DNA from: Octopus bimaculoides
Lineage: Eukaryota
Direction of reading: 5' to 3'
Length of the DNA: 63,628 nucleotides
Assembly (NCBI RefSeq): GCF_001194135.2
Contig: NC_068982.1
Location: forward strand, 75,011,518-75,075,145
The position numbers were made by a program, and so were the translations under genes. The notes below the pieces were generated by a model, which saw nothing but the letters and a program-made list of their open reading frames with translations, was not told the origin of the DNA and searched no databases. How positions within the stretch are numbered: position 1 is the stretch's first letter; each line of letters starts with the position of its first letter. This document shows positions 39,691 to 51,252 of this stretch, piece after piece.

Positions 39691-42099
39691 AATAACAATC
39701 GAGTAATCAATTAAGCAAACATAATGAAAACCGTGGCAGCTAATGTATTGGTAGACGAATATATTTGCGGTAGCGGTAGTGGTGGCGGCGGTGGCGGCGG
39801 CGGCGGCGGTAGTGATGGTGGTTACACAGTAACGATTGTAATAGTCAATGTGGTGCAGTAAAGCTAGTAGTTAAAACTATGTCATAACGACTCTCGACAC
39901 ACACTAGCAGACACTATGTGCCTAAGACGTAGCAACAGCAGCAGCAGTAGTAGTAGTACTAAGCAGTTTTAGCAGTAGTAGAAGTAAAAACGAAAAAAAA
40001 AAGGAAATATAGATCTTATGTAATAGTGGTGGTAGTAGTAGTAGCAGCAGCAGCAGTAACATCTTACGCAATAGTAGCAGCAGTAGGCGGCGCAGCAGCA
40101 ACATAGATTTCAGGAAATAGTAGTTGTAGCAGTGACAACATAGATCTTATCTAGTAGTAGTAGCAGTAGTAACAATAATAGAGCTTATGTAATTGTATTT
40201 CTACTGAATATAGCAAGTTGCTGTGATTATGTAATAAAATTACCTACGAACTGCAGCAGCAACAGTAGTAGTAGTAGTAGTAATAGTTGTTGTTGTTGTT
40301 TAGCCCCAGTCAGCGCCGAATGAGCAGGTTTATTATAATCAATACAGATACGTTTTACTCGCAATCATCCCGGCTTTTTCCCTATCCCTTCTCACGCAGC
40401 GCATCTAGGACCACCTCGTTCAATTTGCACCTCAGTTTTTGTTTTGTTTTTTTGGTTTCTTTCCTTTTAAGCTATTAAAGTGAGGTTTCGCTACTATTTC
40501 TAAGAGACCACGTACAGATTCCTTCTCGGTCGTCTTCGAAGATGTTGCTACAGTCAGTTACAACTACCACGATGAGGAGTGTATCTGGCAGTTTTCCGAT
40601 CTCCGTGTAGTCTGTCAGAAATGTAGGAGGATTAAAGCTTGTAGGTAAAGTGTTTAGTTAATATGAAATATTGGTATATGTTTTCTTGCCTTGAAGTATA
40701 AACCAACATCTTGAAGCATGAAATTATTGGAATCAGTCCGACCACTGCCATACACCAGACTGCTACGGCATACCACTCTGCACAGTTACTACTACGAGTA
40801 CTACACTACACAGCTGCACGAAAAATAAAGATTTGTATTTCACGATTATCACAACTTAAATAACCAGATGTTTTATTTTATTTTATTTTCCAGCAAGCAA
40901 TTTACTACAAAAAACAATTGTGTGTATGTGTGTAAAAATGTTATGTTTATGAAATGGAATGAAACAGAAAATAATGCATTTGATGACAAAAAACAGACAT
41001 CCCTAATTCCAGCAGCGCATTTTCAGGAAGAAACTTTACTACATCAAAGCTTACGGGAGACTCAACTTCGTGGTTTTTAATATATGGGGAGTGGGACGTC
41101 ATATTTTGCTATCAAATACGGTAAATACAGGCATGTCCCACTGTATTTCAGTCATTCCTGCCTGACAAAGCCTGTCTCATCCAAGGAGTTGAACTAAACG
41201 CTGCATCCTTATGAAACCATATCAATTTCAATGTAATGTTACAGTGATTTATATTTTATTCACTGGCGTGTGATCTGGGACACTTTATTAAGTGTCACGA
41301 CAATGGAAAGAATGACAAGATGGTAAACGGTCGACAAGTTCAATTTATCGACTGGGTCTTTCGTGCGCCGTTGATGAGATATACTAAAACTGGTTAGTTC
41401 ATAAATAAATACTGGTTTGCTTCGATTGCTTAGTAATTTTTTTATTTACATTCAAACATATATTGCTGTTGATTAAGCGAACTGAGGGATTCATTTAAGG
41501 CATTTTTCTATCTTTTTTTTTTTTTTTTTTTTTTCGTAAACGAAGTCGTTGTCAAATAAAAGCCACGAGGCAATTTCGATCCCTAGCTTTTGCCATTCGC
41601 TATTACTGATGCTGACAATAACTTTGAGAAAGGTATGAATACCACACAAACTTATTTATTTTCCTTGTGTGTTTGTGTGTGTGTGTTCATGTATATATGT
41701 ATGAAAGCATTTGTCTAAATAAGAAATCGCGAGAGACACTGGTGCGATTTCTAATTCTGTCCGGAATCATTTTACCTATGAGATCGTTAGGTTTTTCCTG
41801 GGAAGTACGAGCAGCAAATATTGGTTCCGCATTCCAACTACTTCTGGCACATCAAACTACAATACATAATATGTATGTGCATGTATGACTACATACATGT
41901 ATGTATGTGTGCATTACGTGTATATATGCACATATTGTACATTTGTACGTACATATACATATACACGCACGTACACGTATATTCGTAGGTATGTATGTGT
42001 ACATGTATGTCGTAATGTTCGAATGTATATACATAATGCAAGTATGTATGTATATGCATGCGCGTTTGTATTTTGGCAATAAGCACTACTGAGACAAGG

Positions 42100-42300
42100 T
42101 AGGCGTGTGTGTGACTTAATGAAAGAACCGGCAGCCCAGCATCCAGCAGCCGCTGTCAGCCATACAATACAATCTATGTCGTAACGGTATTCATGGCAAC
42201 AAGCAGAAGCCGACAACCAATAAAATGCGTCATGCAATCGACACACCCTGATCTAGTCATGTGACAGGAGGTAATTTTCCACACCTCTTCCGTCACCTCC
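42100..42300. promoter_or_regulatory. Promoter/enhancer-like motif cluster
   Basis: X-box GTATTCATGGCAAC (42187-42200), CCAAT (42217-42221), TGCGTCA (42226-42232), GTCATGTGAC (42256-42265), in CpG-retaining unique sequence. Confidence 0.5.
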
Positions 42301-43138
42301 AAAATGCGGAACTGCAATTAGAAACGTTAATTAGTTTGTTTGTTTGTTTTAGAGGGTTTTTTTCTTTCTTTCTCAACATGACCAATTTTAGAGAGAGAAG
42401 GTTATGGGTTGATGAAATCGGCCTTGCGGTATTCAATTGCGTCCTTTTACGCTCTGAGATCGAATCCAGCCGAGATCGATTTTTGTCCTTCATCCTTCTA
42501 AGATTGATAAAATAAAAGTACCGATTAAGTACTAGGAGTCGATATAAGCAGACATGTCCCTTCCCCCATTATGTATATAGCCTTGTACACCTGTTGGAAA
42601 CTAGTATTTATAAGGGATTGACTTCGTCTTTTATACCTGTAGTGTCGTTTCAAATGTTGACACAAGACCAACAACTTTGAAGTAAGAGAAGCAAATCGAT
42701 TACAACGACCACCCCCGCTCCCGCAATGTTAAACTGGTACTCATTTATCGACCATGAAAGGATGAAAGACGAAGTCAACCTCGGTGAAATTAGAACTCAG
42801 AATATAAAAAGCCGGAAGAAAAACCGCCAAGTATTTTGCTTGACGCACTAACGACTCTGCCAGCTCCGCCGCCTTAAACCCGTAGCGTCAATAAAATAAG
42901 TACCGGTAATATACTGTAAGAAGATTAATTCAGTTGTGCTCTTACAACTTCATGGTCTCGTGCAAAAATCGCAAATCAAAATTTATTAGGGAAACGGGTA
43001 TAACTGACTGAATCAGTATAATTACATCACAGGTATTTCCAAACGAAAGAAAAATAAGGACGATTCAGGAGATTTGATTGCGAGATTTTATCGACTCTTG
43101 TTGTCATAAATTGCACTCCTCAAAATAAATAATAACAA

Positions 43139-43680
43139 CACTGGGGAACAAATTTCAATTTTTTGTCTATTGAATTAGATTCCACAGTTAGTTCTAGTTA
43201 ATTTGGGTGCGCTGATCACGAATTTTTACTCGTTCTTGTTCTACCAGGTCCGGATTTTGAATAGAAATAAGAAAGATGAATTTAATCGAATGTGAGTCAG
43301 AGAAGAATAGTTCAATTGAATTTAACTTAACTGCGTTACGAGAGTGATTTTTGTTTATGTCAAAAATGACCTTTTGACAATTTTTTTCCATACAGGTGTG
43401 TCGCGAGCCTACTAACCATAAAACCGATTGTTATTTTTGTTTTGTCAAGACTTCGGACCTTATTAAGAAAAATAAACATAGTATCGAGTACCCAAATTTC
43501 GACACGGCGATACGACCTGTGCTACATTCAAATGAAATCCCCATTCCAATATTTAAGAGTCTGCCACCTCAAGAATTAGTTGAAGGATGTTTCAGAAAAC
43601 ATTGTTATGCACTCTGAGGAGTCTGACACAGATTTTGACCCCAGCGTATTAGAAAGTCAAAATTCTTACTAATTTTTGGC
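43139..43680 (+). mobile_element. Chapaev3-like (CMC superfamily) DNA transposon 5' fragment
   Basis: Starts CACTGGGGAACAAA. ORF 43396-43617 reads xREPTNHKTDCYFC...KNKHSIEYPNFDTAIRPVLHSNEIPIP, then an acidic SEESDTDFDP. Family assignment is from recalled motif. Confidence 0.65.
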
Positions 43681-44659
43681 AAATCGACCTCGGTGGAACC
43701 TGAACTCAGAATGTAAAGAGCCAGAACAAATGACATAAAGCAATTTATCTATTGACTCTCTAACGATTCTGCCAGTTTGCCACATCAAAGTTTCTAATTA
43801 GCAATTTTGAGGAGGATGGAGCCAGGTCCACTGCATGGACCCAGTACTTGACTGGTACTTCATTTTTTAGACCTCAGAAAAAATTAAAAGCAAGGTTACA
43901 TTCGGCAAAATTTGAACACAGAATATTAATAATAAATAACAACAACAAATACATTAGATTCTTAATAGTAGTTTCAGATTTTGGCGCAAGACCAGCAATT
44001 TTAAGGGAGCAGGCATGTCGATTACATGACTCCAGTGCTTAACTGGTTCTTATTTCATTGATCTCGAAAGCGGGAAGACAAAATTTGAACTCAGACTGTA
44101 AAGAGCTAGAACAAACGCTCCCATGCATTTCCCTGCCACGTCAACGAATCGGCCAGCTCGCTGTCTTTAGATACTTAATGAAGAATGATAATCATGAACA
44201 ACTGTATAAATATCGACCTTGATGTAATAATGATAATAATTAGCTGATTGTATACAGTGCTCAGGTGCACTACAATTCGTAGGAAAAGGGGCCGAAACCG
44301 GACGTGGTTCCTCCTGATGATGTCGTTAACCACTGGATCCTATAAAGGAGTTGTTGAGGTAGCGAACCACGAAACGTTGTTGGAATTCCTCCAAAGATGG
44401 GACAAAAAGCAAACATGAGTAAAGAAAGACAGAATGGAAAGTTAGAAATATATGCACGTACATAGAATAAAACTCTTTATAAAAAACAATGAATGAAGTT
44501 ACGCAAAAACGTAATGGGCTTTTTTTGGTAGGAGGAGGGTTGGGAGTATTCTTGTTATTTATTTTAATATACTTTAAATTATTGCATAAGCATTTTAAAG
44601 ATTGTCAGTATTGGTTTACAGAGAGGGGGTGTGCCGTCGCGTCTGAAAAGAACCGGTTC

Positions 44660-44707
<48 letters not shown>

Positions 44708-44715
44708 CGCGCAGG

Positions 44716-45085
44716 CGGAGGCGCAATGGCCCAGTGGTTAGGGCAGCCGAATCGCGGTCATAGGATCACGGTTTCGATTCCCAGACCGGGCGTTGTGAGT
44801 GTTTATTGAACGAAAACACTTAAAGCTCTACGAGGTTCCGGCAGGAGGTGGTGGTGACCCTGCTGTACCCTTTCACCACAACTTTCTCTGACTCTTTCTT
44901 CCTGTTTCTGTTGTACCTGTATATCAAAGGGCCGACCTTGTCACGCTGAATCTCTCCGAGAACTACGTTAAGGGTACACGTGTCTGTGGAGTGCTCAGCC
45001 ACTTGCACGTTGATTTCACGAGCAGGCTGTTCCGTTGATCGGATCAACTGGAATCTTCGTCATCGTAATCGACGGAGTGCTACGT
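44716..45085 (+). mobile_element. SINE family B copy
   Basis: Head GGAGGCGCAATGGCCCAGTGGTTAGGGC...GGTTTCGATTCCC. GCGCAGG duplicated at 44709-44715 / 45092-45098. Confidence 0.9.
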
Positions 45086-45248
45086 TTATATGCGCAGGAG
45101 TGGTTGTGTGGTGAGTAACTTGCTTACCAACCACATGGTTCGGGATTCAGTCCCACTGAGTGGCACCTTGGGCAAGTGTCTACTGCTATAGCTTCGGGCC
45201 GACCTGAGCATTGTGAATGGATTTGGTAGATGGAAACAAAAAGAAGCC

Positions 45249-45508
45249 AGTAAATTTCCAGATTAACACCCGCACGATTTTCACTAAGGTGCTAGGGTTA
45301 GGGTTTTAGGGTCAGGATTAGGGTTTTAGGGTTAGGGTTATGGTTAGAGTTTAGGGTTAGGGTTACGATTAGGGTTTTAGGGTTAGAGCTAGGGCTGGAA
45401 TTCCCTAACCCTAACCCTAAAACCCTAACCATGACCCTAACCCTAAACCATAACCCTAACCCTAAAACCCTAGTGAAAATCGTGCAGGTGTTAATCTGAA
45501 AATTTACC
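45249..45508. mobile_element. Second foldback MITE: 37-bp TIRs around head-to-head degenerate (TTAGGG)n/(CCCTAA)n arrays
   Basis: 45250-45286 vs 45471-45507 inverted with 2 mismatches. Centre GGAATTCC at 45397-45404. Interrupts a SINE core. TSD not clean. Confidence 0.8.
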
Positions 45509-45929
45509 AAGGGGAAGCCTGCAAGACTTCCGCCTATCCCCACCCCAAAAACTACCCTTAAAATAAATTTTTTTTTTTGACAGAACCACCCCATTTCGGC
45601 TACGGGGAATACGAGTCTGCAAAAAAAACTGGCAAAAATCGGCATTTTTTAATTCCCCCCCCCCCCNNNNNNNNNNNNNNNNNNNNNNNNNNNNNNNNNN
45701 NNNNNNNNNNNNNNNNNNNNNNNNNNNNNNNNNNNNNNNNNNNNNNNNNNNNNNNNNNNNNNNNNNNNNNNNNNNNNNNNNNNNNNNNNNNNNNNNNNNN
45801 NNNNNNNNNNNNNNNNNNNNNNNNNNNNNNNNNNNNNNNNNNNNNNNNNNNNNNNNNNNNNNNNNNNNNNNNNNNNNNNNNNNNNNNNNNNNNNNNNNNN
45901 NNNNNNNNNNNNNAAATATGCGGGAAAAT

Positions 45930-46320
45930 ATGGACACTGATTCATATCATGATCCACCTTGTCAAAAGCTTTTGCAAAATCAAAGTATATTACGTCCACA
46001 TTTGAGTTGTTGAGTAACTGCCTCAACACCCAGTCATAATGTTGTAAGAGCTGGGTCAGGCAGCTCCTATCTGATCGAAAGCCATTCTGGATATCACTCA
46101 GCAAGTTATTTTCTTCAAGGAATGCGATTAGTTTTCCTCTGACTATCCGTTCCATGACTTTGCTGATGTGTGAAGTCAGAGAGATAGGCCTATAGTTTTT
46201 AGCATCTGCTCAGCTTTCCTCTTTATGGATTGGGTATATTATTCCCTCCTTATGCTTGCTTGGCAGTCTCCCATTTGCAAGAAAGCTCTGGATGAGAATC
46301 TGGAGGGGTTTTGCCAGGGC
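45930..46320 (-). mobile_element. CR1-like LINE reverse transcriptase fragment
   Basis: ALAKPLQIL...NYRPISLTSHISKVMERIV...QNGFRSDRSCLTQLL...VDVIYFDFAKAFDKVDH. Ends close to the assembly gap. Confidence 0.9.
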
Positions 46321-46871
46321 AAAATATATATTTATAAGAATAACTTACTTGGAGGCAATGCGTGGCATTCGATCATATAATAACATAAATAATATATAAT
46401 TATATGCATATATGTACATACCAACATCTATATGTATACATACAAGCATATATGGGTACAGGACATCACAAAAAACGTTATACAATTGCTAGATGTCTGT
46501 TAAGTTTGAAATCTTAATTGTTGATATGACATGGTATATTGTCCTTTTTGTCATTTTGGTTATAAAATAAACAGATTAATCAACAGAATATAGTATCTGC
46601 AAGTTGATGAGTACCTCATATCCCCCTCCATTTTCTTATTGCTATATAAATTTAGGGTAAAAAAAAAAAACCTTTCACCCACACCCACTTATTGCACTTA
46701 GTATAACACTAGTGTAACAATAATTGGGCACCCTCCCAGCAGTATATTGAATATATATTATCCCTTAGTGGGTTGAATTCTCAACCCCTAACTCTCTTGG
46801 ATTATATAAATATATATATATACATATATTATATAAATATATATATACACACACATATATATACATACATG

Positions 46872-46943
<72 letters not shown>

Positions 46944-46959
46944 TATACATACATATATA

Positions 46960-47512
46960 TCATCATCATCATCATCGTTTAACGTCCGCTCTCCATGCTG
47001 GCATGGGTTGGACAATTTGACTGAGGACTGGTGAACCAGGTGGCTACACCAGGTTCCAATCTGATTTGGCAGAGTTTCTACAGCTGGATGACCTTCCTAA
47101 CGCCAAACACTCCATGAGTGTAGTGGGTGCTTTTACATGCCACCAGCACGAAGGCCAGTCAGGCGGTACTGGCAACAGCCACACTCAAAATGGTGTCTTT
47201 TACGTGCCACCTGCACGGGAGCCAGTCCAGCGGCAGTGGCAACGATCTCGCTCGAATGTCCTTACACGTGCCAGGGTACAGGTGCCATCACGATTTCGCT
47301 TTCGCTTGCCTCAACAGGTCTTTACAAGCTGAGTTTCTGTGTCCAATGAGGGAGACGACATTGGCATGGGTGCCATCCGTCGAAATTAGTTCGATTTCAC
47401 TTGCCTCAACAGGTCTTCGCAAGTGGAGTTTAGTGTCAAATGTAGGAAGGTACACATCCTGGCAGAAGCCTTGAATTTAGGTCTCACTTGGCTTGCCGGG
47501 TCTTCTCACGCA
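46960..47512 (-). mobile_element. 5'-truncated RTE LINE: last codons plus full 3'UTR
   Basis: Encodes VREKTRQAK-stop as at 4650-4670. The 3'UTR matches 61530-61885 and 49195-49462. Confidence 0.85.
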
Positions 47513-48219
47513 CATATATATACATATATTATATAAATATATATAGTATATAAATATGTATATACACACACACACACACACACACTCACTCAAATGGCAT
47601 TTGTATACAACTATTGAGTNNNNNNNNNNNNNNNNNNNNNNNNNNNNNNNNNNNNNNNNNNNNNNNNNNNNNNNNNNNNNNNNNNNNNNNNNNNNNNNNN
47701 NNNNNNNNNNNNNNNNNNNNNNNNNNNNNNNNNNNNNNNNNNNNNNNNNNNNNNNNNNNNNNNNNNNNNNNNNNNNNNNNNNNNNNNNNNNNNNNNNNNN
47801 NNNNNNNNNNNNNNNNNNNNNNNNNNNNNNNNNNNNNNNNNNNNNNNNNNNNNNNNNNNNNNNNNNNNNNNNNNNNNNNNNNNNNNNNNNNNNNNNNNNN
47901 NNNNNNNNNNNNNNNNNNNNNNNNNNNNNNNNNNNNNNNNNNNNNNNNNNNNNNNNNNNNNNNNNNNNNNNNNNNNNNNNNNNNNNNNNNNNNNNNNNNN
48001 NNNNNNNNNNNNNNNNNNNNNNNNNNNNNNNNNNNNNNNNNNNNNNNNNNNNNNNNNNNNNNNNNNNNNNNNNNNNNNNNNNNNNNNNNNNNNNNNNNNN
48101 NNNNNNNNNNNNNNNNNNNNNNNNNNNNNNNNNNNNNNNNNNNNNNNNNNNNNNNNNNNNNNNNNNNNNNNNNNNNNNNNNNNNNNNNNNNNACATACAT
48201 ATACATACATACATATACT

Positions 48220-48251
<32 letters not shown>

Positions 48252-48258
48252 CATACAT

Positions 48259-48333
<75 letters not shown>

Positions 48334-49194
48334 CATATACATACATATATATATACATATACATACACACACACACACACACTCACTCAAATGGCATTTG
48401 TATACAACTATTGAGTAAATAGAGGCCACAGACGTTAACAGCCACACCTTTGTCACATTAATCCTGAACAAAAGAATTCAAGCGTTTGATCCAGAATGAT
48501 GACAATAAAATTTTCCATTGACTATCGCACATTCACACACACCCGCACATATTCATGCCTGCATGTATGTATGTGTCGTGGCTATGCAGTTGAGACGCTT
48601 GCTTGTCATATGGCTTCATGTTCTGCTGCACTATGTGGCACTGGACGTAAAGACCGTGGACTTCACCCACTTTCATTATTTTTGTTTGGCTTTTTTTACA
48701 GAATCAAGTACAGAGATTCTGATTCTGCAAAACAAAAAAAAAAGCAGCATTTTAAAATTTTAATTTCCACCCTTAATTTTCCAATTTTCACTTTTTAAGA
48801 AATTTTTTTGTTTTGCAAATCCTTTTTGCTGCAGGTCCGGACCAAGCAAAATCTTCTGAGAAAAACCTGTCATGTATGTGTGTGTGTGTGTGCATGTGTG
48901 TGCATGTGTGTGTGTGTGTGTATGAGAGAGAGAATGTGTACGTGTGTGCACACGTATGTGCATGTACATGTGTGTGTATGTGTGTGTTTATGTTCGTCCT
49001 CTCACTACCAGTGTATTCACATCCCTGGGAACCAAGCAGTGCAATGAAACAGACCTATAGAATAAATACCAGATTTGAAAACTAAATACTAGGGTCAATC
49101 TGTTCAATGAAAAACCTTCAAGGCAGTGCCCCAGCATGGCCACAGTTGAGGGACTGAAACAAGTTGACAGTAACTCGAAGTTTCGGTTTCCTTG

Positions 49195-49462
49195 CCTTCA
49201 ATCAAACTGCAGGTGGCACATAAAATACACCATTTTGAGCATGGCCGTTGCCAGTACCGCCTGACTGGCCTTCGTGCCGGTGACACGTAAGAGCACCCGC
49301 TACACTCTTGGAATGGTTGGCATTAGGAAGGGCATCCAGCTGTAGAAACTCCACCAAATCAAATTGGAGCCTGGTGTAGCCATCTGGTTCACCAGTCCTC
49401 AGTCAAATCGTCCAACCCATGCTAGCATGGAAAGCGGACATTAAATGATGATGATGATGATT
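49195..49462 (+). mobile_element. RTE 3'UTR copy with (GAT)n tail
   Basis: Near-identical to 61620-61885. Confidence 0.85.
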
Positions 49463-51181
49463 AACCAATGTAGTGGAAACATTTGTAGATCAATACTAAG
49501 CTGTATTTAAATCAAANNNNNNNNNNNNNNNNNNNNNNNNNNNNNNNNNNNNNNNNNNNNNNNNNNNNNNNNNNNNNNNNNNNNNNNNNNNNNNNNNNNN
49601 NNNNNNNNNNNNNNNNNNNNNNNNNNNNNNNNNNNNNNNNNNNNNNNNNNNNNNNNNNNNNNNNNNNNNNNNNNNNNNNNNNNNNNNNNNNNNNNNNNNN
49701 NNNNNNNNNNNNNNNNNNNNNNNNNNNNNNNNNNNNNNNNNNNNNNNNNNNNNNNNNNNNNNNNNNNNNNNNNNNNNNNNNNNNNNNNNNNNNNNNNNNN
49801 NNNNNNNNNNNNNNNNNNNNNNNNNNNNNNNNNNNNNNNNNNNNNNNNNNNNNNNNNNNNNNNNNNNNNNNNNNNNNNNNNNNNNNNNNNNNNNNNNNNN
49901 NNNNNNNNNNNNNNNNNNNNNNNNNNNNNNNNNNNNNNNNNNNNNNNNNNNNNNNNNNNNNNNNNNNNNNNNNNNNNNNNNNNNNNNNNNNNNNNNNNNN
50001 NNNNNNNNNNNNNNNNNNNNNNNNNNNNNNNNNNNNNNNNNNAGCTGTGTGTGTAACAGCTTATCATTAGTGGCCAAAGTTGTTACAATTTCACTTTATA
50101 CTAAGATGGAGATACCTACAAAGATATCAACGTCTGAAGAATACAAGGGCATAGCTGTGTGGTAAGAAGCTTGCTTCTCAACCACATGGTTCAGTCCCAC
50201 TGTGTAGTACATTGGGCAAGTGTCTTCTACTATAGCCTCGGGCCGACCAAAGTCTTGTGAGTGGATTTGGTAGACGGAAACTGAAAAAAACCCATTGCGT
50301 GTTTGTGTGTGTGTATGCACCCCACCAACCTCTGACAACCTGGAGTTGTGTGTTTACATTTCTGTAACTTAGCGATTCAGTAAAAGCAAACAATAGAATA
50401 AGTACTAGGCTTAAAAGAAAAGTACTAAGGTCTATTTCTTCGACTAAATATTCTTCAAGGCGATGCCCCAGCATAGACGCAATCCAAAGTCTGAAACAAG
50501 TAAAAGATTTTTTAAAATTCGAGTATATATTGACCCGATCTTCTATTATATTTCTGTGGAGATATATGTAACAGCAGAAGACAACTGAAAATAGCTCTAC
50601 ACTCAAAGTTGTCAAGGGAATTAACTAAATCTAATGCGTTTCGCTTTGACATAGCAGAGCCACTTTGAGTTTTCTCCCTTACACTTTAACTACCTGTGTA
50701 ACTTTGTCTAAACACTAAGTTTTAAAATTAAATAGCATACTTATGATCCAATCTTACGACTCAAGACATTCCGATCGAGCCAATGCCAGATTGAAAAAAA
50801 AATTCTTTTTTTTTGCTTCTTGTTGTAGGCAACATTATCTGATGTATTTTTCGTTTTTAAGCCAGATGTGTATAATTTGATAGAGAAAGTAATCTTCAAG
50901 TGTTTTAAGTGAAATCATTTTGCTATATCTATCTTACATGGCCAAGCTAAACGCTTGACTCAAATCTACTGCTGTTGTTTAGCCCCAGGTCCGTCCTGTT
51001 TGACCAGATATACAATCAAAGGCGTTCCAGCTATGACTTTTTCAGTGTGTGTGTGGGGGGGGAGTAAGAAGCTTGCTTCCCAGCCACTGCATGGCATCTT
51101 GAGCAAGTGTCTTCTAGTATAGCCTCAAGCCAACCAAAGCCTTGTGAGTGAATTTTGTAGATGGAAACTGAATGAAGCTCG

Positions 51182-51252
<71 letters not shown>

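Noticed and set aside
45293-45471. Head-to-head telomere arrays as a chromosome-fusion scar
   Set aside because: Enclosed by 37-bp TIRs and inserted in a SINE, so better explained as a transposon.
45510-45666. GC-patchy sequence with homopolymer runs beside the gap
   Set aside because: Looks like low-quality contig-end sequence.
47290-47425. Repeated CTGTTGAGGCAAG(T/C)GAAA motif in the RTE 3'UTR (minus strand) as a hammerhead variant
   Set aside because: Stem II is too short, and helix III and stem I do not close.
47575-48416. Identical block (CACTCACTCAAATGGCATTTGTATACAACTATTGAGT) on both sides of the 47620-48192 gap
   Set aside because: Typical unmerged contig overlap or allelic duplication around a microsatellite gap; probably an assembly artefact.
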